A stretch of 52,778 nt of DNA, the filler included, from Sphacelaria rigidula (lineage: Eukaryota): assembly GCA_964200075.2 (NCBI GenBank). It is 4 parts of 4 records of this genome, joined end to end, with 100 filler letters (N's around TTAATTAATTAA, not from the genome) between each part and the next. Parts side by side here need not be neighbours in the genome. Positions count along the whole stretch, not along the records: positions 1 to 13,121 come from CAXNAA020003136.1; positions 13,222 to 26,341 come from CAXNAA020003137.1; 2 more parts are not named here. One strand, written 5' to 3'. The translations under genes and the position numbers were made by a program. Positions within the stretch are counted from its first letter, which is position 1; each line of letters starts with the position of its first letter. Below are positions 12,016-25,236 of the stretch, piece by piece. The notes under the pieces were generated by a model. It did not search any database, was not told the origin of the DNA, and was given only the letters and a program-made list of their open reading frames with translations.

Positions 12016-12979
12016 TTCTCGAGGGCGTTCGGGATTGGTTCACCTCGCACTGTGCTATGCAGAGCTCGGTTGGGCAATTTTCGTAGTTGGGTGTTTTCCT
12101 TAATTTTCTCCTTCAGTGTTCCTCCTCAACACTCGAAAGTCCTGACGTCGATAGATGTTGGGAAAAGAAGCAGGTCGTGCCCAGAACACCATCCTGAGTC
12201 GGTGTAGTCGGGGTGATACGAAGTTCGTACCTCGTTCATCAGGGGGAATTATCGACCATCCCTTGTCCAAAAAACACGATTTGCGCCTTCAGCGCCATCA
12301 ATAAAAATAAATTCCAACAAGCATTCCACGTTTGCAAGAACGACCGAAATTGCTTCAGTCGAGCAAAAGTACTCAATCGAGCAAAAATACCCAAGGGTCA
12401 GAACCTGGGCCTGCGTAGTCACGGAACCCCCCAAACCCGATCAGCTCGTGCGTCGTTTACTATTGAGCGCAGCAATGATTCTGTTTTGGATTATGAAGCA
12501 GACTTCTAGGGTCTCGCAATCCTCAATCTTGAGGATCAAATGCTCACTGGGATGAGCAGCGGTAGACAAAAACACTACTTGAAATCTTCGACTGCAAAAA
12601 AGTCACAAAAAAACCATTTCAGCTGAAAACTACCGTAAGTCTTGCCCAAGAAGGAGCCCAAGCATTCTTCGATCTCATCTTGAAGCACGTACACCTTGTG
12701 CTCAGTTCACCATCGGGGTGTAAACCTATTCCACTGGGTGGATCTTTGTCCGTTCTCTGGGCTTCTCGTACTTGTCCACCAATGGAGTATCGCGATGTGC
12801 ATGTTGGATTGGTGTGTGTACGGCTGGTGTGTGCCAAGAGTGACGGTGTCAATAGGCGGATGTGGTCGGTTATATGATTGACTAGTGTGACAATCGGGTT
12901 GACCAAAGCGTGCACTATTCTCATTGGTCCACTCTACTGATTGTCGCAGCAATACCTGTCGCCGTCATTTGTTGACGTG

Positions 12980-13121
12980 TACGTATGTTCTCGATACCAT
13001 ACAATTCTGTAATATCGTTCGGCCTCCTTTGTGCCACTCGTCGAAAGGACGATGAAGAAGATCGACAGAATTACCTCTGTGGCAAAGCAATAGAGGGCAG
13101 AAGTCATATAGTGACAGAATG
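12980..13121 (+). mobile_element. Fragment of LINE ORF2 C-terminal Cys/His region, cut by the contig end
   Basis: Encodes RRKDDEEDRQNYLCGKAIEGRSHIVTE, matching 45220-45303 (RRVEEEVDEQNCLCGKGIESRGPIVAEC). Confidence 0.65.
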
Positions 13122-13221
13122 NNNNNNNNNNNNNNNNNNNNNNNNNNNNNNNNNNNNNNNNNNNNTTAATTAATTAANNNNNNNNNNNNNNNNNNNNNNN
13201 NNNNNNNNNNNNNNNNNNNNN
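13122..13221. other. Artificial 100-nt contig spacer (N44-TTAATTAATTAA-N44)
   Basis: N run with a central six-frame stop linker. Confidence 0.99.
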
Positions 13222-14269
13222 GCTGTTTGCTGCTATGTGTTCGACACTGCGTGCCAACCGCGTCTTTACGCCTTCGGTGGTACTACCTGCTCACTGCACA
13301 GCGGCAGCGTGCAGGGTGACAAAGGACATCACAGAACGCCACATCCTCAGTCTATCCCTGTCCTGCATTAATTTCGCGCTGTCCTATGCCGTTCGCCACA
13401 TCATGCGCTCAACCGCTTGTGTTGCGGTCAACGTGCACGCGGGATATCATTTCGTAACGCTCTTTTTCGTGTTGTAGCTACAGCGTGCGTTTGCCCCTGG
13501 TTGCGCACGCAGGAGTTGAAAGCCACCTCTGCTGCTCTCATGGTTACCTGTATCTTGGGCGAAGCTGTATGGTAGCACAGCCGCTATGGCGCGAAAGCCG
13601 CCTGTAGCATTCGATACCCTGGAGATTTTTGCGCACTGCTGTTGTCTCGAAGTGTAGCATTGCAGTTACCGACTTGAGGTACCAGGACTACACAAATTAT
13701 AGTCGGTAATATATTATATACTGTGTGCAGTACACTTCTGACACAGTGCTCGTACCGACTGTAGAATCTTCGTCCAGGGTCTGGGACATGTCAACATGAT
13801 GCAGGAATCTGATACATTTTGACATATAATCTGGCGCGGTGAGATGGTGGAAATCTCCACTACATCTGGGCGAACTGCAGGTGAGGCAATCGCCAAAATA
13901 TTCACCTGTGAACTCTGCAATAGTGCACTGTAAGTTGATATTGGTAGAAGGACATCACCATAACGTATACTTGTAACCTCGACCTTGTTTGGTTTTGAAA
14001 AACGTCGATCCTGAGGTGTTTCGAACTACGATGCGGACCTAAAAAGGCCGTGTTTCAACGAAACAGCGGGAATGATGAACATTTCGTGATGGTGGTGGTG
14101 AAGTGACAGTTCACAACTTTAATATCACGAGAAATCACACGCCGTTCTAATCGAGTATGCTAGGGTGGGAAACAAGTGATACAGAAACCAGGGGAATACA
14201 GCACGCGAACAGACCAGCGACTTGAAGGAGGGCAGTAGTCACGCGCAAGGGGGTATGGGTATTATTGTC

Positions 14270-15510
14270 GCAGGTCGAAACGCGGCCCGCGTTCCGCACG
14301 AGAGGGAGAAGAAGCAACAGCAGCAGTGTCAGCAGCATCTTTACTGCCAGTAGATGTGCGCGGCTGAGGGTGGGTTAAATCAACCGGTGCCGATACTGTT
14401 GCTGCTGCTGCTGCTGCTGCAGTTTTTCCTCATGGGAGAAACGAACCGCGTTTCGATCGTGCTACAACGCACACGCACCTTGCGCACGGGACCGCCTTTG
14501 ATCCAATACTGGACGGGTTTCCGTCAAACAAAGGCTGTCTTGTGTGGATGATGAGCTAGCGCTTGAACAATGCGCGTGAGTTATGGGTGTCTATGCGTCG
14601 CAGAAATCCAGTGCATCACAGAAATCCAATGCCGAATCTGGAATAGCCTGAGACAACAACCAATAAAAAAATTGGAATGACCGATGCTGCGTCGTCTTGT
14701 TTCATCTGAGCCCACGCAGAAGATTTGAACGTCACGACTTACGCAGAAATGGGGGGAAGGACTGTTACATGGGACATCAAGGCAGACAGCTCCTGTCATC
14801 AAACGTTTGGGATAGAGCAACTCCGTGCTGGCTCAGTGTGTTCGCCCCAACGTGCACGCGTCCGCCTTGCGTGTCTTCTGCGATCCCAGGACCCGACTAT
14901 AGCTGAAGTACGGTACGGACGGAGACGCAACAGACAGCTGCGCGGTCGTCACGTGATCGTTTTATCGTTTCACCTTTGTGTACAGACAGTAGCTAGTATA
15001 CAGCACTTTGATCTCACCCGACTTCTTCTGTGCTTACCGGAACACCGCATGCAGCACTACAACTGTTCAGGCACTCTACAGCGCACATCACACCAAGTTC
15101 GTCGTAGAGTCTTCAAATGCACAACAGCACAGCGACAACTACAGCATAGAAATGATTGGTATGGAAACGCCTTGTTCTTTTGACTCCATGTTGTAAAAAA
15201 CAATTGTTGTTCGTAGTAGTAGTACAGCAGTAGCGGTTGGACACGACTGATTTTGCACCAAGAAAAGCTGATGCATACTGTATACAGTCCGTCTTCAGGT
15301 TCTAAAACTGAAGAACACAGCAGAACAGCCGTGTCTTGTGTTCAGTGTAAACCTCTGTGCTCCAGATAATGGGGTCACGTTTTGGGCAGTACTTGAAAAG
15401 TTGTGCTTGTTTTTCAAGTTCTCGAAAAGTTTTGATCGTTTTTCCGTCACAGAAAATCAATGCCGAATCTCGAATAGCCCGAGACAAAAACCAGTTTGAA
15501 ATTTGAAGTG
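14270..15510 (+). repeat. Copy 2 of the ~1.2-kb interspersed element (see 10800-12015)
   Basis: Same ordered motif blocks. The tcacagaaatccaatgccgaatct module is present twice (~14617 and ~15447) and also at ~1165. Confidence 0.75.
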
Positions 15511-17711
15511 CTGCGTTCAACGAACCGTCCTGTTTTGCGTAGTAGAAAGTCTCCGTGTTAGATGGCCAAAAAGTGCCGGCGTACACTTGTCTTCGTTTGC
15601 CGTTAGCTCCGTAGATGATGTGGCTCTTCTACCGATCCACAGGACCATGAAATTCAATATTGCAAGGGTCGGACAAATGATGATTCGTCTGGAAATTACT
15701 TGGTCTTAGTATAATGAGTCGACTCGTGACGAAGAAATCCCTAGGCATTATTACAGCGTTGCAACCCAGGTACACGCAGCCCCGACACGTGGAATGGCAC
15801 AAAAGTTGCGCGGATACCCTTGGACTAGCGATCAACTTATTTCCCCCTTTCGGGCAACCAGGCCGAAAAAATTGTGGATTTGGTTATTTTGAGTCGTGAC
15901 GATTCGTCCCAACCGTGTACGATTGTGCATGAGGTGGGACTGGAATTTACGGGTGTACGTTATGGTTCATGTGTTGAATACCCCCAGCAGCATTCCCCGT
16001 GTTTCCTTCGGTCGGTAGTACGCGTATGCTGTAATACGAAGTACTTTCGATGAGCGACAAAATTCTTCCCCGGATACCTCAGAGTACTCGGTGCCACACT
16101 ATGGGAATCCACGGTACCCTGCCCTAGACCCGTCAATCGGGAACTCGTGAATTCATGCGGTCCATCACCATGCGAACGTTCTTCCTGCCCACCAACAATG
16201 CACGGACAGTCATTTTTATATTCAAGAACCAGAGCTGAAACCAAGATTCATATGTTGCGTCTGGCCGTCAATACCTCCGGTGCCCAAAATGATCGAGAGT
16301 TCACCTCCTGCAACTGTACGCTACATTCCCGTTCATTTTACTGTACATCACAAAACATACCACGCAAGACATGTATTTTGTTCCTCTCGAAGCACACGTC
16401 AGATAAGATACAACAAGCGCCATTAATCAGATGAATAAAATGTGTAAAAAGACAACGGGGAACAAATAAATGGATGGATAGTATGGATGATCTTGGAATA
16501 GGATCCACGTCACGAGGCATCGCCCTACTACGGGAGCTACTGTACCGCCGACCCAACACAACTGTGCAAATATCATCTACAACTTCGGTATATCCTCATC
16601 AGCGTGTACGTTTCGAGTACGCCTTGGAGATCCTACGGAACAAAATAAACATGACACACGCCCCTTCCCCACCCCCCCAGCCCGCGCAGCCAACAACTTC
16701 CGTTGTAGTCGAAATATCCATCATGACAAGTGTTCACCTTTCCCCGTTTTTCTCGTGGCGTAGCCAACGAACTGATAAAAAGTAGGGGGCTCTCGGCGTG
16801 TAGCACGCACAGCAACAACCGTTCATCTGCAACAAGTTTACATTTACCATACACTTGGTTCTTCCACTGTTGGTTTACATTGCAGACAACATGCCCTGGA
16901 CAAGCCAAATACGAATGTGGCGATGGTGCTACAGAGAAATAACTGCAGACTGCCGACGATGATGCCTGTTAGGGCGCATGGCTCACGACTTCCTCGCTCA
17001 TGCCCTCCCTAGACAAAATGTACTGAACAGAATAACGCTGCCGTGTGGTATAAGGTCAAGCAGATAATATTCTTCCGCTCAGAAACTATTTTAGCCAAAA
17101 TACAAGCCGCACTTCCTTCTCATGTTACCGTCGCTCAACATTTTCCTCCACACCGAAGTGTTATTTACGGTGGGAACCAAACCAGTGCACCTACCCAATC
17201 AATCGTTCATTCTCCCACGTTCCTCAGGTCATCAAAATTTATTCTACAACATATCAAAAACTTACTCTACGGCACATCGAAGCATTTTTAGCGCCCCCGT
17301 CCATCCTTTTTTTCCAACTCCCCGCCCAGCTGTCCCCCAATAATGCCCGACACATCTCCAGTATGTGGCAAACAAGTACGGAAGAGGGGAAGGTCCAGAT
17401 ACCGACAGGGACCACGCCCGACACAATCCTCCACATTCCGCAATATTGCAGGTGACAAGACGTCATGATCCAACAGTAACCACCTCCCTCTCGCTCTTCG
17501 ACTCCATTGCTGCGCTGGGTGTGGTCCCACCTATGTGTTACTGTATACGCTCCCATTAAACAAAAAAACGACTGTGACACTTCCTCGCCACTCCTCCCTC
17601 CGTGCGTCCAATTCCCTCCCCCCTTACCATCCCACTCGTCGCAGGCAATCGATCAGAAACAACAAAACCATCATCATGGTATAAATATATGAATATATAT
17701 ATATATGTATT

Positions 17712-20700
17712 TTACGCTGCAGTGCCGGTGTTGTCGGAGGTGGGCGGTGTTGTCGCATCAGCTCCTTCTACTGCTGCGGCTTGCTTACCACGGCTGTATT
17801 CAGCCTTCATGGTAGAAAAGTGCATCAATTTGCCCTGAAGTCTGCCACCGTCGACAATCTCGAGAGCCTCGTAAACAACGTCGCCAGTTACCACCGCGCT
17901 TTTCCCGATCATGAGGGTTTTTGACGCCACCACGGTGGCCTTCATGGTACCCCCGATGCGTCCGTCCGCGCATTCTACCTCGCCCTCCATTTGTCCCCCT
18001 GCATAATCGAACATCGTTGATACATTGTTTGGTTTTGATTGTTTGTCGTACACCAGCTGATTCACAAGGGATCCAACCGTGGGCACAAGACAAGCCAAAG
18101 GTACACGCAACACTCACTCAAGGAAAAATTGTGACAGAGAGGAGACGAAGGAAAATGCGAAACAGACTGAACGACAAGGGGAGACGAACAAAACAGAAAA
18201 CAACCACCAGCCAAGACAAGTACACGAAAAAAGGGAACAGCATCGAACGCAGCATGTCTCAAATTATGGAAGACGACACCTTTAACCCTTCGATAGCGCA
18301 TCGGAACAGCTCCACAGGCGATATTCCGGAGACATGCGGGGGTTTCCAGTGGCCGGGTGTGTGGATTGTTAGGGGGGGGGGGGGGTTCCGTTCGCATAGG
18401 AGCCGAAAAGCTCACCAAGTCAACCATGTGTGTTCGGAAGTTTCCCGCGGAAAACTAGTAGCGGTGCACCAAGCCCGAGAGGCGCGGGATGCCCATTTTG
18501 ACATATCAAGGTCGTGAAAATGAGCACGTTCTTCCGGTTCGGGTGGACTACATCGGACTGATTCACTGTCTACCCCCACGACTCATTTTGGTCATGGAAA
18601 ATCAACCATAGATTAAATGGGTACACATGACTTGTATTCTGCTCGTGGTCTACGCCGCCGGCCTGACCCCTCATGTGCTGCCAGCATAGCTTCACTCTAC
18701 AGTGTTTTGAGCACTATAATAGGCAGAGGCGTCAGCAGCGTGCAGTAACCTGTGTTATAAGTGGAGAGCGATGGCACACTTATACTTTCTCTTGCCGCTG
18801 TATCCAGTGAAGACATGCAGCGCACATACAAACCGATCCTGCACGCAATTGACTGCAGGGTCAAAACTGGCCAGGGGTTCTCCGGGACTACCTTCTATAT
18901 ACGAAGTAGATGACAAATGTCTACCTGTTCATGAAGAGGGCGTTTTGTATAGCGAGAGACCACAAGTGTTGAACCCCAAATATGGCATAGTTCCTCTCAG
19001 TCCACCTGCGGCGGGGTCGCTGTCTAAGGGTTCAAGGCTCACTTACGCCCGGCTCGCGCAGTATATCGAGTGAACTTCAGAGGGTCATGATGTCAGCCAT
19101 GTATTCACGCCTTGAACTATTTTTCACATGTGTAATCTTCGTAGCCAGCGGTTTGTTCATGTAGTCATTCATGTATTTTGCATGTATACATCAAATGGTG
19201 CAGAACCGTTCACACATTACATGCTGAAGATGGATCATAACTGATGTAATGGTATGCTGAAAAAACATATGTTGATTTCGCATCACATGACACTACATAA
19301 CTGGAGATGAAGTATGCCTGCTTATACTAATTCGTCACGATAAAAAACGAATGTTTCGTGGACAAGGATGGGCGTGCAGTCATCAATGACATGATATCTA
19401 GTCCTGTGGCGTTGCAGACCATGTCCCACACATCACAAACACTGCTCTCAGCGTGCACCGAACGGGAAGTCTTCCTGTCCGGTACATATAAAATACACTG
19501 TGCAGCAAAGGAAATTTCTCTTTTGGTCCACGAACAGATATCAACACATTTCTAGATGAGAAAATGAGTCACAGCATTGACCAACGCCGATGGACGTACG
19601 TGGACGTACAAAATGGATCCACAGTACGAGTACCTCCGACGTGTCAAACGTCATTAGTTTCATTCACGGTGTTCCGAGATTCACAACTCATGACAGGAAA
19701 TATCTTGATGCACGTGGACAGGGGAGAGAACAAGCCTTGTGGAACACCACCTCATTGAGCTCAGAGGAGCGGTATTCTCGATGAGGATCCACCATGACTT
19801 TCACCTTCTCCTCTACGAGACTATGATTGAAACCCTGATTCGCTTCTCTGCTCTTGGACGTACCCCCAATCCGCATAAGGGATTCACACTGGAATTTGCG
19901 GACACGTCCATGCACCAAAGGCACTTTCTCGTGTTTCCCCCGTCTTCTCGTCACCCCTCACCCGCAACATTCATTCCCCATATTCCAACACAGGAGCAGG
20001 TCGGCTTATTTCGCAACTGTAATGTCATCGGTACACATCAGCGGTGGTGCTTCTTGCGCGTGCGGGTTGGTCATCACCGGCACCGCTGGCCGCTGTTCAG
20101 GGTATGTGTTTGTTCAAAAGCAGTTAGTTCAACATGTCACCCGCACTGGGTTACGTCATCATGACAAGGTGAGCGATGGCAACGCAGTTTTGGTCCTCAT
20201 ATTTCCCCCTCTGCGCTCTGCGGACGTACGCGCATCCATGTGGGGTGTGTGGAGGTTTTGGTTGGGGCTGCCGTTTGGGCTCGCGTCGGGCGCGCATCAC
20301 ATATTACACGAACGAGAGCGGCAGGTTTGAACGACGCCGTTGAGCGAATTTAAATTTTGATCAAAAAACAACGACCACGTCGGAGAAACGAGTGACGACA
20401 AACTCGAGTGTAACAAGAGGCCTTGCGCCCAGGATCGAATACGGTAAACCACGGACGACGGACGAAACGTGTCCACACACACTTGGAACACACAGCGCGG
20501 AGATCACGAATCATTCTCCAACAAAGGCATATCTCAACACACGCACGCGCGCACGCACGTATGAACACACGAACACACACTACACGCATTTTCCTTCTCC
20601 TTTTTTCCCCTTTACCTTCTGCCAGGACGAAGATACCCGTAGTGATCGTACCCTTGAACAACCCCTCCACGATGACCTTGTCGCACGACGTCACCGTAGC

Positions 20701-21454
20701 CTCCAGAGTGACCCCCTTTCCGACAACCAACACCCGAGGCTCATGGGTCGCCTCGAGGGTAGAAGTGGGTCGAGCGGCAGGCATTGCGTCAGCGTACCTG
20801 CCCTTCGTGCTGTAAGTACTTCTCCCCTCAGCGAGGTCGTAAAGCTCCCGATCGTACGACGGGGGTGGACTGGCGTCGCTGGTCACGCTGTTGTCGCAAG
20901 ACTCGGTGTCGAATTTCCTCAACCCTGACCTGCTACCGCTGTCGCGTGTTCCTGGTGGAGCGTGCAATAGACCGTTGTAGGATATTTTCCGTTCCCTGCC
21001 CCCGCTGCTAACCGTGTTACCGGTGTTGACCGAGCTGCTTCCCACCGGTTTGCTGGGGGTGTTGGACCTCGAGGTGTGGTTACTGCTGTTGGTGGCGATG
21101 GTGTGTGCGCAAGAGCACAGTTGTGGGGGTAGGAATTCGTGGGAAAGGAAGGGAAGTAGACCGAGTTCACAAGTTTTCTGATGGGGATGAGGGTATGCCG
21201 GTTGAGGTTCACATGCAGGGGAGGGCGAAGTACACATCCCACGGTCAGATTATCTCAACCAATGCGCGGTGCTTGACAACTCACGTGGTGAACACATGCA
21301 TACACTGCTTATGCGAGATGTGTTGTAGGTACGACGCTACTGCAGTGGAGTGAGTGCGGTTGTGCCGGCGTGAACAACCTCCTTCATTCCCCGCCTCACC
21401 ACCCCAAGGGTCCACGCTCTGCTCGAGATATTCGACGTTTGACTGATTCTCCAT
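17712..21454 (-). CDS. Bactofilin-family (PF04519-like, polymer-forming beta-helix) protein, spliced; predicted 308 aa
   Basis: Exons (-): 21454-21285 (caaccATGG start, AC|GTGAGT donor; tentative), 21085-20616 (caacAG acceptor, GAAG|GTAAAG donor) and 17998-17712 (tatgcAG acceptor, TAA stop). The total is 927 nt and phases match. Joined domain: RVLVVGKGVTLEATVTSCDKVIVEGLFKGTITTGIFVLAEG-GQMEGEVECADGRIGGTMKATVVASKTLMIGKSAVVTGDVVYEALEIVDGGRLQGKLMH, the alternating hydrophobic/Gly pattern of the bactofilin beta-helix. Confidence 0.88.
18330..19000 (+). repeat. Interspersed repeat within the bactofilin intron; other copies at ~24600-25510 and ~25915-26180
   Basis: Shared gttcgcat..agccg.aaagctca.caag.c..catgtgtgtt.ggaagttt.c..cggaaaa, ctgctc.tggtct..gccgcc.gcctgac and ttgactgc.gg.tcaaaac..gcca.gggttctccgggac. 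Confidence 0.75.
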
Positions 21455-21859
21455 GGTTGAAAAATATTCATGTGTAACTTCCGCGCAATAGCAACACGAA
21501 CCACCATGTACAACTAATCAGACGTTCGGATGGTCTTCGCACCACATTCCTCACCAGTGGAGGTCCTGACTCTGAGTGACAAGTTCAAGACGTGCACCTT
21601 TCCTTCAAGACTTGTGAAATTTCAAAAATTCCTGCCCGCTCTGCGCGACATCGTGTCTTGGCTGTCACTGTCGAAATCCCACGACTTGGGTGTCGAAAAA
21701 AGTATTGTTGTCTCTGCTTCGCGTTCAGCAACGCCGACACCACACTTTATTTACTACCACCGAGCCCGCAGCCAGTAATGATTTTGGTGACAAGCCGTCC
21801 TCCATGCACCGCCAGCGGGCCTTCCGGGGGGGAGGGACCTACGCATGCAAGCATTTCCA

Positions 21860-23570
21860 GGATTCACGGTGCCTGGGAAGTGAAACTACCTTTCGCTGCT
21901 TTTTCCGTAGCGGCATATCTTGCCGGCGTTGTGGTTTCGGTCGGCCGCTCACCGGCCAACGCTTGCAGTAACACAGAAACAACCACAAGTCAGGGTTCAT
22001 AACATGTTCGAGGTAAATACCCTCGGGTTCTACTTGCCGCCTGGCAACAGACGGCCGTACAGCCGTGCCGGACACAACAGTGTCTTCTGCCAAGGACCAT
22101 CATGAAGCTGTTCAGGAATAAGGGGGCAACATCCCCTCATAGTAGTACCAGACTTCGCGAGTCGGAGACCACGACAGGCTGACGATGACGACGACGAGGG
22201 TGGCGGTTGCTGTTGTCTTTACTTCATTCAGAATCACCCTGCAATTCTTGTAAAGGACACTCCCACGTGAAGATCTTCAGCTTTTCCCCGACAGCTGCGT
22301 GATCGCCCTTATACGGAGCTTTCACCATTTGATTTGATTTCCAACTAGGACAGAATGCAAGTTGCAACTTCCACGGATGGATCGCGGATATTCTAGCCTT
22401 GCCGAGGCGTGGTTCACATCGTACCGTCAGTACAATATTCGTTCCACTGCCGGCTTCAAGCACACAGTGTCAACTTAGATATTTCTGAGCCGCGACAGAA
22501 TTCGTGTGAACAAACGTCCCCTCCCTCCGCAGTGATATGCATCTCTTGTCCTTCGGACGAGTCAGCCTGTAAGGTTGTCTAAAGAGCCACCTTGCGGTAC
22601 TGATGTAGACCCGCATCTTCCAAGGATGCCTGCTCCTTGACTGTCAGAATATTTCATGCCTTGGAGCATGACAATCTCCAATGAACCTCGCGGATTGAAT
22701 CATGAATTCAGTAAAATGCCTTCATGTGATGGAATAAGGAATGACATTGTAGGGCCTCCCGTCTTGTCAAGACAAAAAATAAGAATGGACATGGTGAGAA
22801 TGATCATGATGATGACAAACAGCCCACATGTGGCAACCATTTCACGTTCCCTGTCGCTGCATCTTCATCACCAAAATGTATCCTCAAGCGTGTCTTACCA
22901 AATCTTCTTCGATCGAAAACGTACGGCGAAAAATAAATAGTTCGTATCTGGTGCGTTCACGTCAGTTATTCCTAAGATGTGTAACAACATGCCGTGGACG
23001 AATCAGATAGGAACAACTTCTTTTCCGCCGCACATTTTCACACTCTGGATAATGAAATAACAACAGCCATATTCTGGAACCAAGTGAAAGCTCTGCACAA
23101 GGGCGATTACGCGCCTGCCAGAGAAAGGTACATATCTTCACGTGGGAGCATACCACCGAAGAATATCCGGTTGAGTTTGGTAGGAGAAACTACGGCAACT
23201 GCCCCCGTCATGTTCAGACCGTCGTGGTAACCGCCACGCCAAGTCTGGCACTGTGAGAGGGGAGACGTTGCCACCTGCCCGGACAGGTCCGCAGTGGTCC
23301 TCAACAGAAGACACTCCTCTCTTTAGCTGCGTTGTGCGGCAGCGTCTTGCTCGGCACGACGTATAAAACTCAAGGGCATCTGCCTCTCACACATGAGAAC
23401 CTCAACTGGTGGTTCTTTCCCACCTTGGTACCAGCCTCGACCAACACGGGGCCGATGTGAACAAAAGGATGACAAGATCTATTCCTGCCTCCGCGCGGAT
23501 TTCATATCGTTACCCTCTATAGTTGTCATTGAAAAGTATTCTTGTTTTCGGAATCACCGTAGCATCGTGC
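21860..23570. repeat. Degenerate long inverted repeat (fold-back) with an insertion in the left arm
   Basis: The reverse complement of ~21860-22330 aligns with ~23082-23570 (e.g. gtgaaagct....aagggcgat.acgc, atcttcacgtgggag, tggtcct..cagaagacact). Inner arms are 22915-22962 and 22995-23040. Confidence 0.75.
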
Positions 23571-24800
23571 TTAATCATCCTTTCAACCACCCACTTGCGG
23601 GTCGCCGAAACTGCTGCGTCGACACCTACCTGCGGCTCCAGTTCACACATACGTCGACTGTCAGTATCATCAAACGCCAGGTGTCTTGTGTTGGGGCGCC
23701 CAATCTCCAAACATACTGCCTCCATATTATTGAAAAGGGGTATATCGATAAATATTGCCGGCCATAATAAACGGAGAAACATGTCGCTCGACAACCATTA
23801 CCGACGACCATATTATAGGGTTGGGGACTGGACCGGTATCTACTGATAGTATTCCTGTACTAGCAGTTTTCCTGTACTGCGTCAGAGGCTGCTAGTACAG
23901 CCAGTACATACCCATCTTTCGTACGTCCTATATTATGCCTCCTGAACCACATAAAAACCCAACAAAACTACGCCGCATAAGAGGCAGGAGAGGAGAGAGG
24001 TTGAGAACAGGGCACCCACACACTAGAGGGAGACCACAAAATTGATGGACCAATGTCACTAGCAGCAGCAGCCCCCCCGCTTCAGACCCGAGTCCAGGGC
24101 CTCAGATCCCTTAACCCGCCGCGGCCTCCAGCGAATCACGATTGTTGAAGTTTTTCTTTGGATATACGAAAAACTATTTCGAAAAAAGAAAAATCCACAT
24201 CCGGGCAGACATGATCGAAGTTGCCCAAAATCACCCAAAAAATATCTTTTAGTGAAGCAAAATCGCGTAAAAACACGCCTCCGGCGGGGCCCCCTCACCA
24301 GCCTAGGGGGGGGGAAAGCGGAGGTCGGGGCTTTGCCGCGACATCAATGTACTGATGGGACCAAGTAAACTGGCTGCTCTTCGCAGCCAGTTCACCTGGT
24401 ACTGGCGCGTAGCGCCAGTCCCCAACCTCACCATATTGTCATTCACTTACTGCAGCAGATTCTTCTGCTGTTGCCAAAAATAAACGCATCTTGTCCACGG
24501 TGTGCACGTTTTCGATCCAAGAAAATTCCGAAGAGAGACGCCTTAGAAAGCGAACGTGGCTTTGGAACAGTTTCACTGGCTCACAGTCCAGGGACAGGCG
24601 GGGGTTTCCTGGTTGTGAGGCCGTGGTTTTCGACAGCGGGGTAGGGGTTTGTTCGCATAACAGCCGGAAAGCTCATCAAGCCATTCATGTGTGTTTGGAA
24701 GTTTTCCACGGAAAATTACAAGCCCGGAACGAGACCCGAGAAGACCGTCGTGACGATTTTGACCAGTCACGACCATCAAAATGGTCGATTTGTTCTGCTA

Positions 24801-25236
24801 GACCACCTTGTATGGCAACCAATCCGTATCTGTACAAATATGAGGATTCCAGCCCGTTTGAATCCGATTTTCTCCCGTGGATTGATTTTTCGGAACCCGG
24901 TCCGTTGGACAATGTTTTTCGAATAGCTCTGAGGAAACCAGATCAATCCTGCGATTCTCTGGGCGCTGACTTTTGTTTTCATCACCTTTCTGCTCAGATC
25001 GGGACTCTCCCGCATCTCCCCCGATGTGGGCCCCAGATTCGGGGGAGATGCGGGAGTCTCCCGATCTCAGCAGCGCCCAGAGAATCGCAGAATTGATCTG
25101 GTTTCCTCAGAGCTATGCGAAAAACATTGTCCGACAGACGGGTCCGAAAATTCCATCCACGAGAGAAGATCGGATTCAAACGGGCTGGAATCCTTATATT
25201 TGTAAATATAAGGATTGGTTGTTATACAAGGTGGTC
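24801..25236. mobile_element. Palindromic MITE (436 bp), possibly PIF/Harbinger (Tourist)-type
   Basis: Ends gaccaccttgtat...atacaaggtggtc, with arms complementary over almost the whole length. Flanked by cta / tta, an imperfect 3-bp TWA-like TSD. Confidence 0.85.

Noticed and set aside
13166-13177. TTAATTAATTAA palindrome found three times
   Set aside because: It is an assembly linker, not biological sequence.
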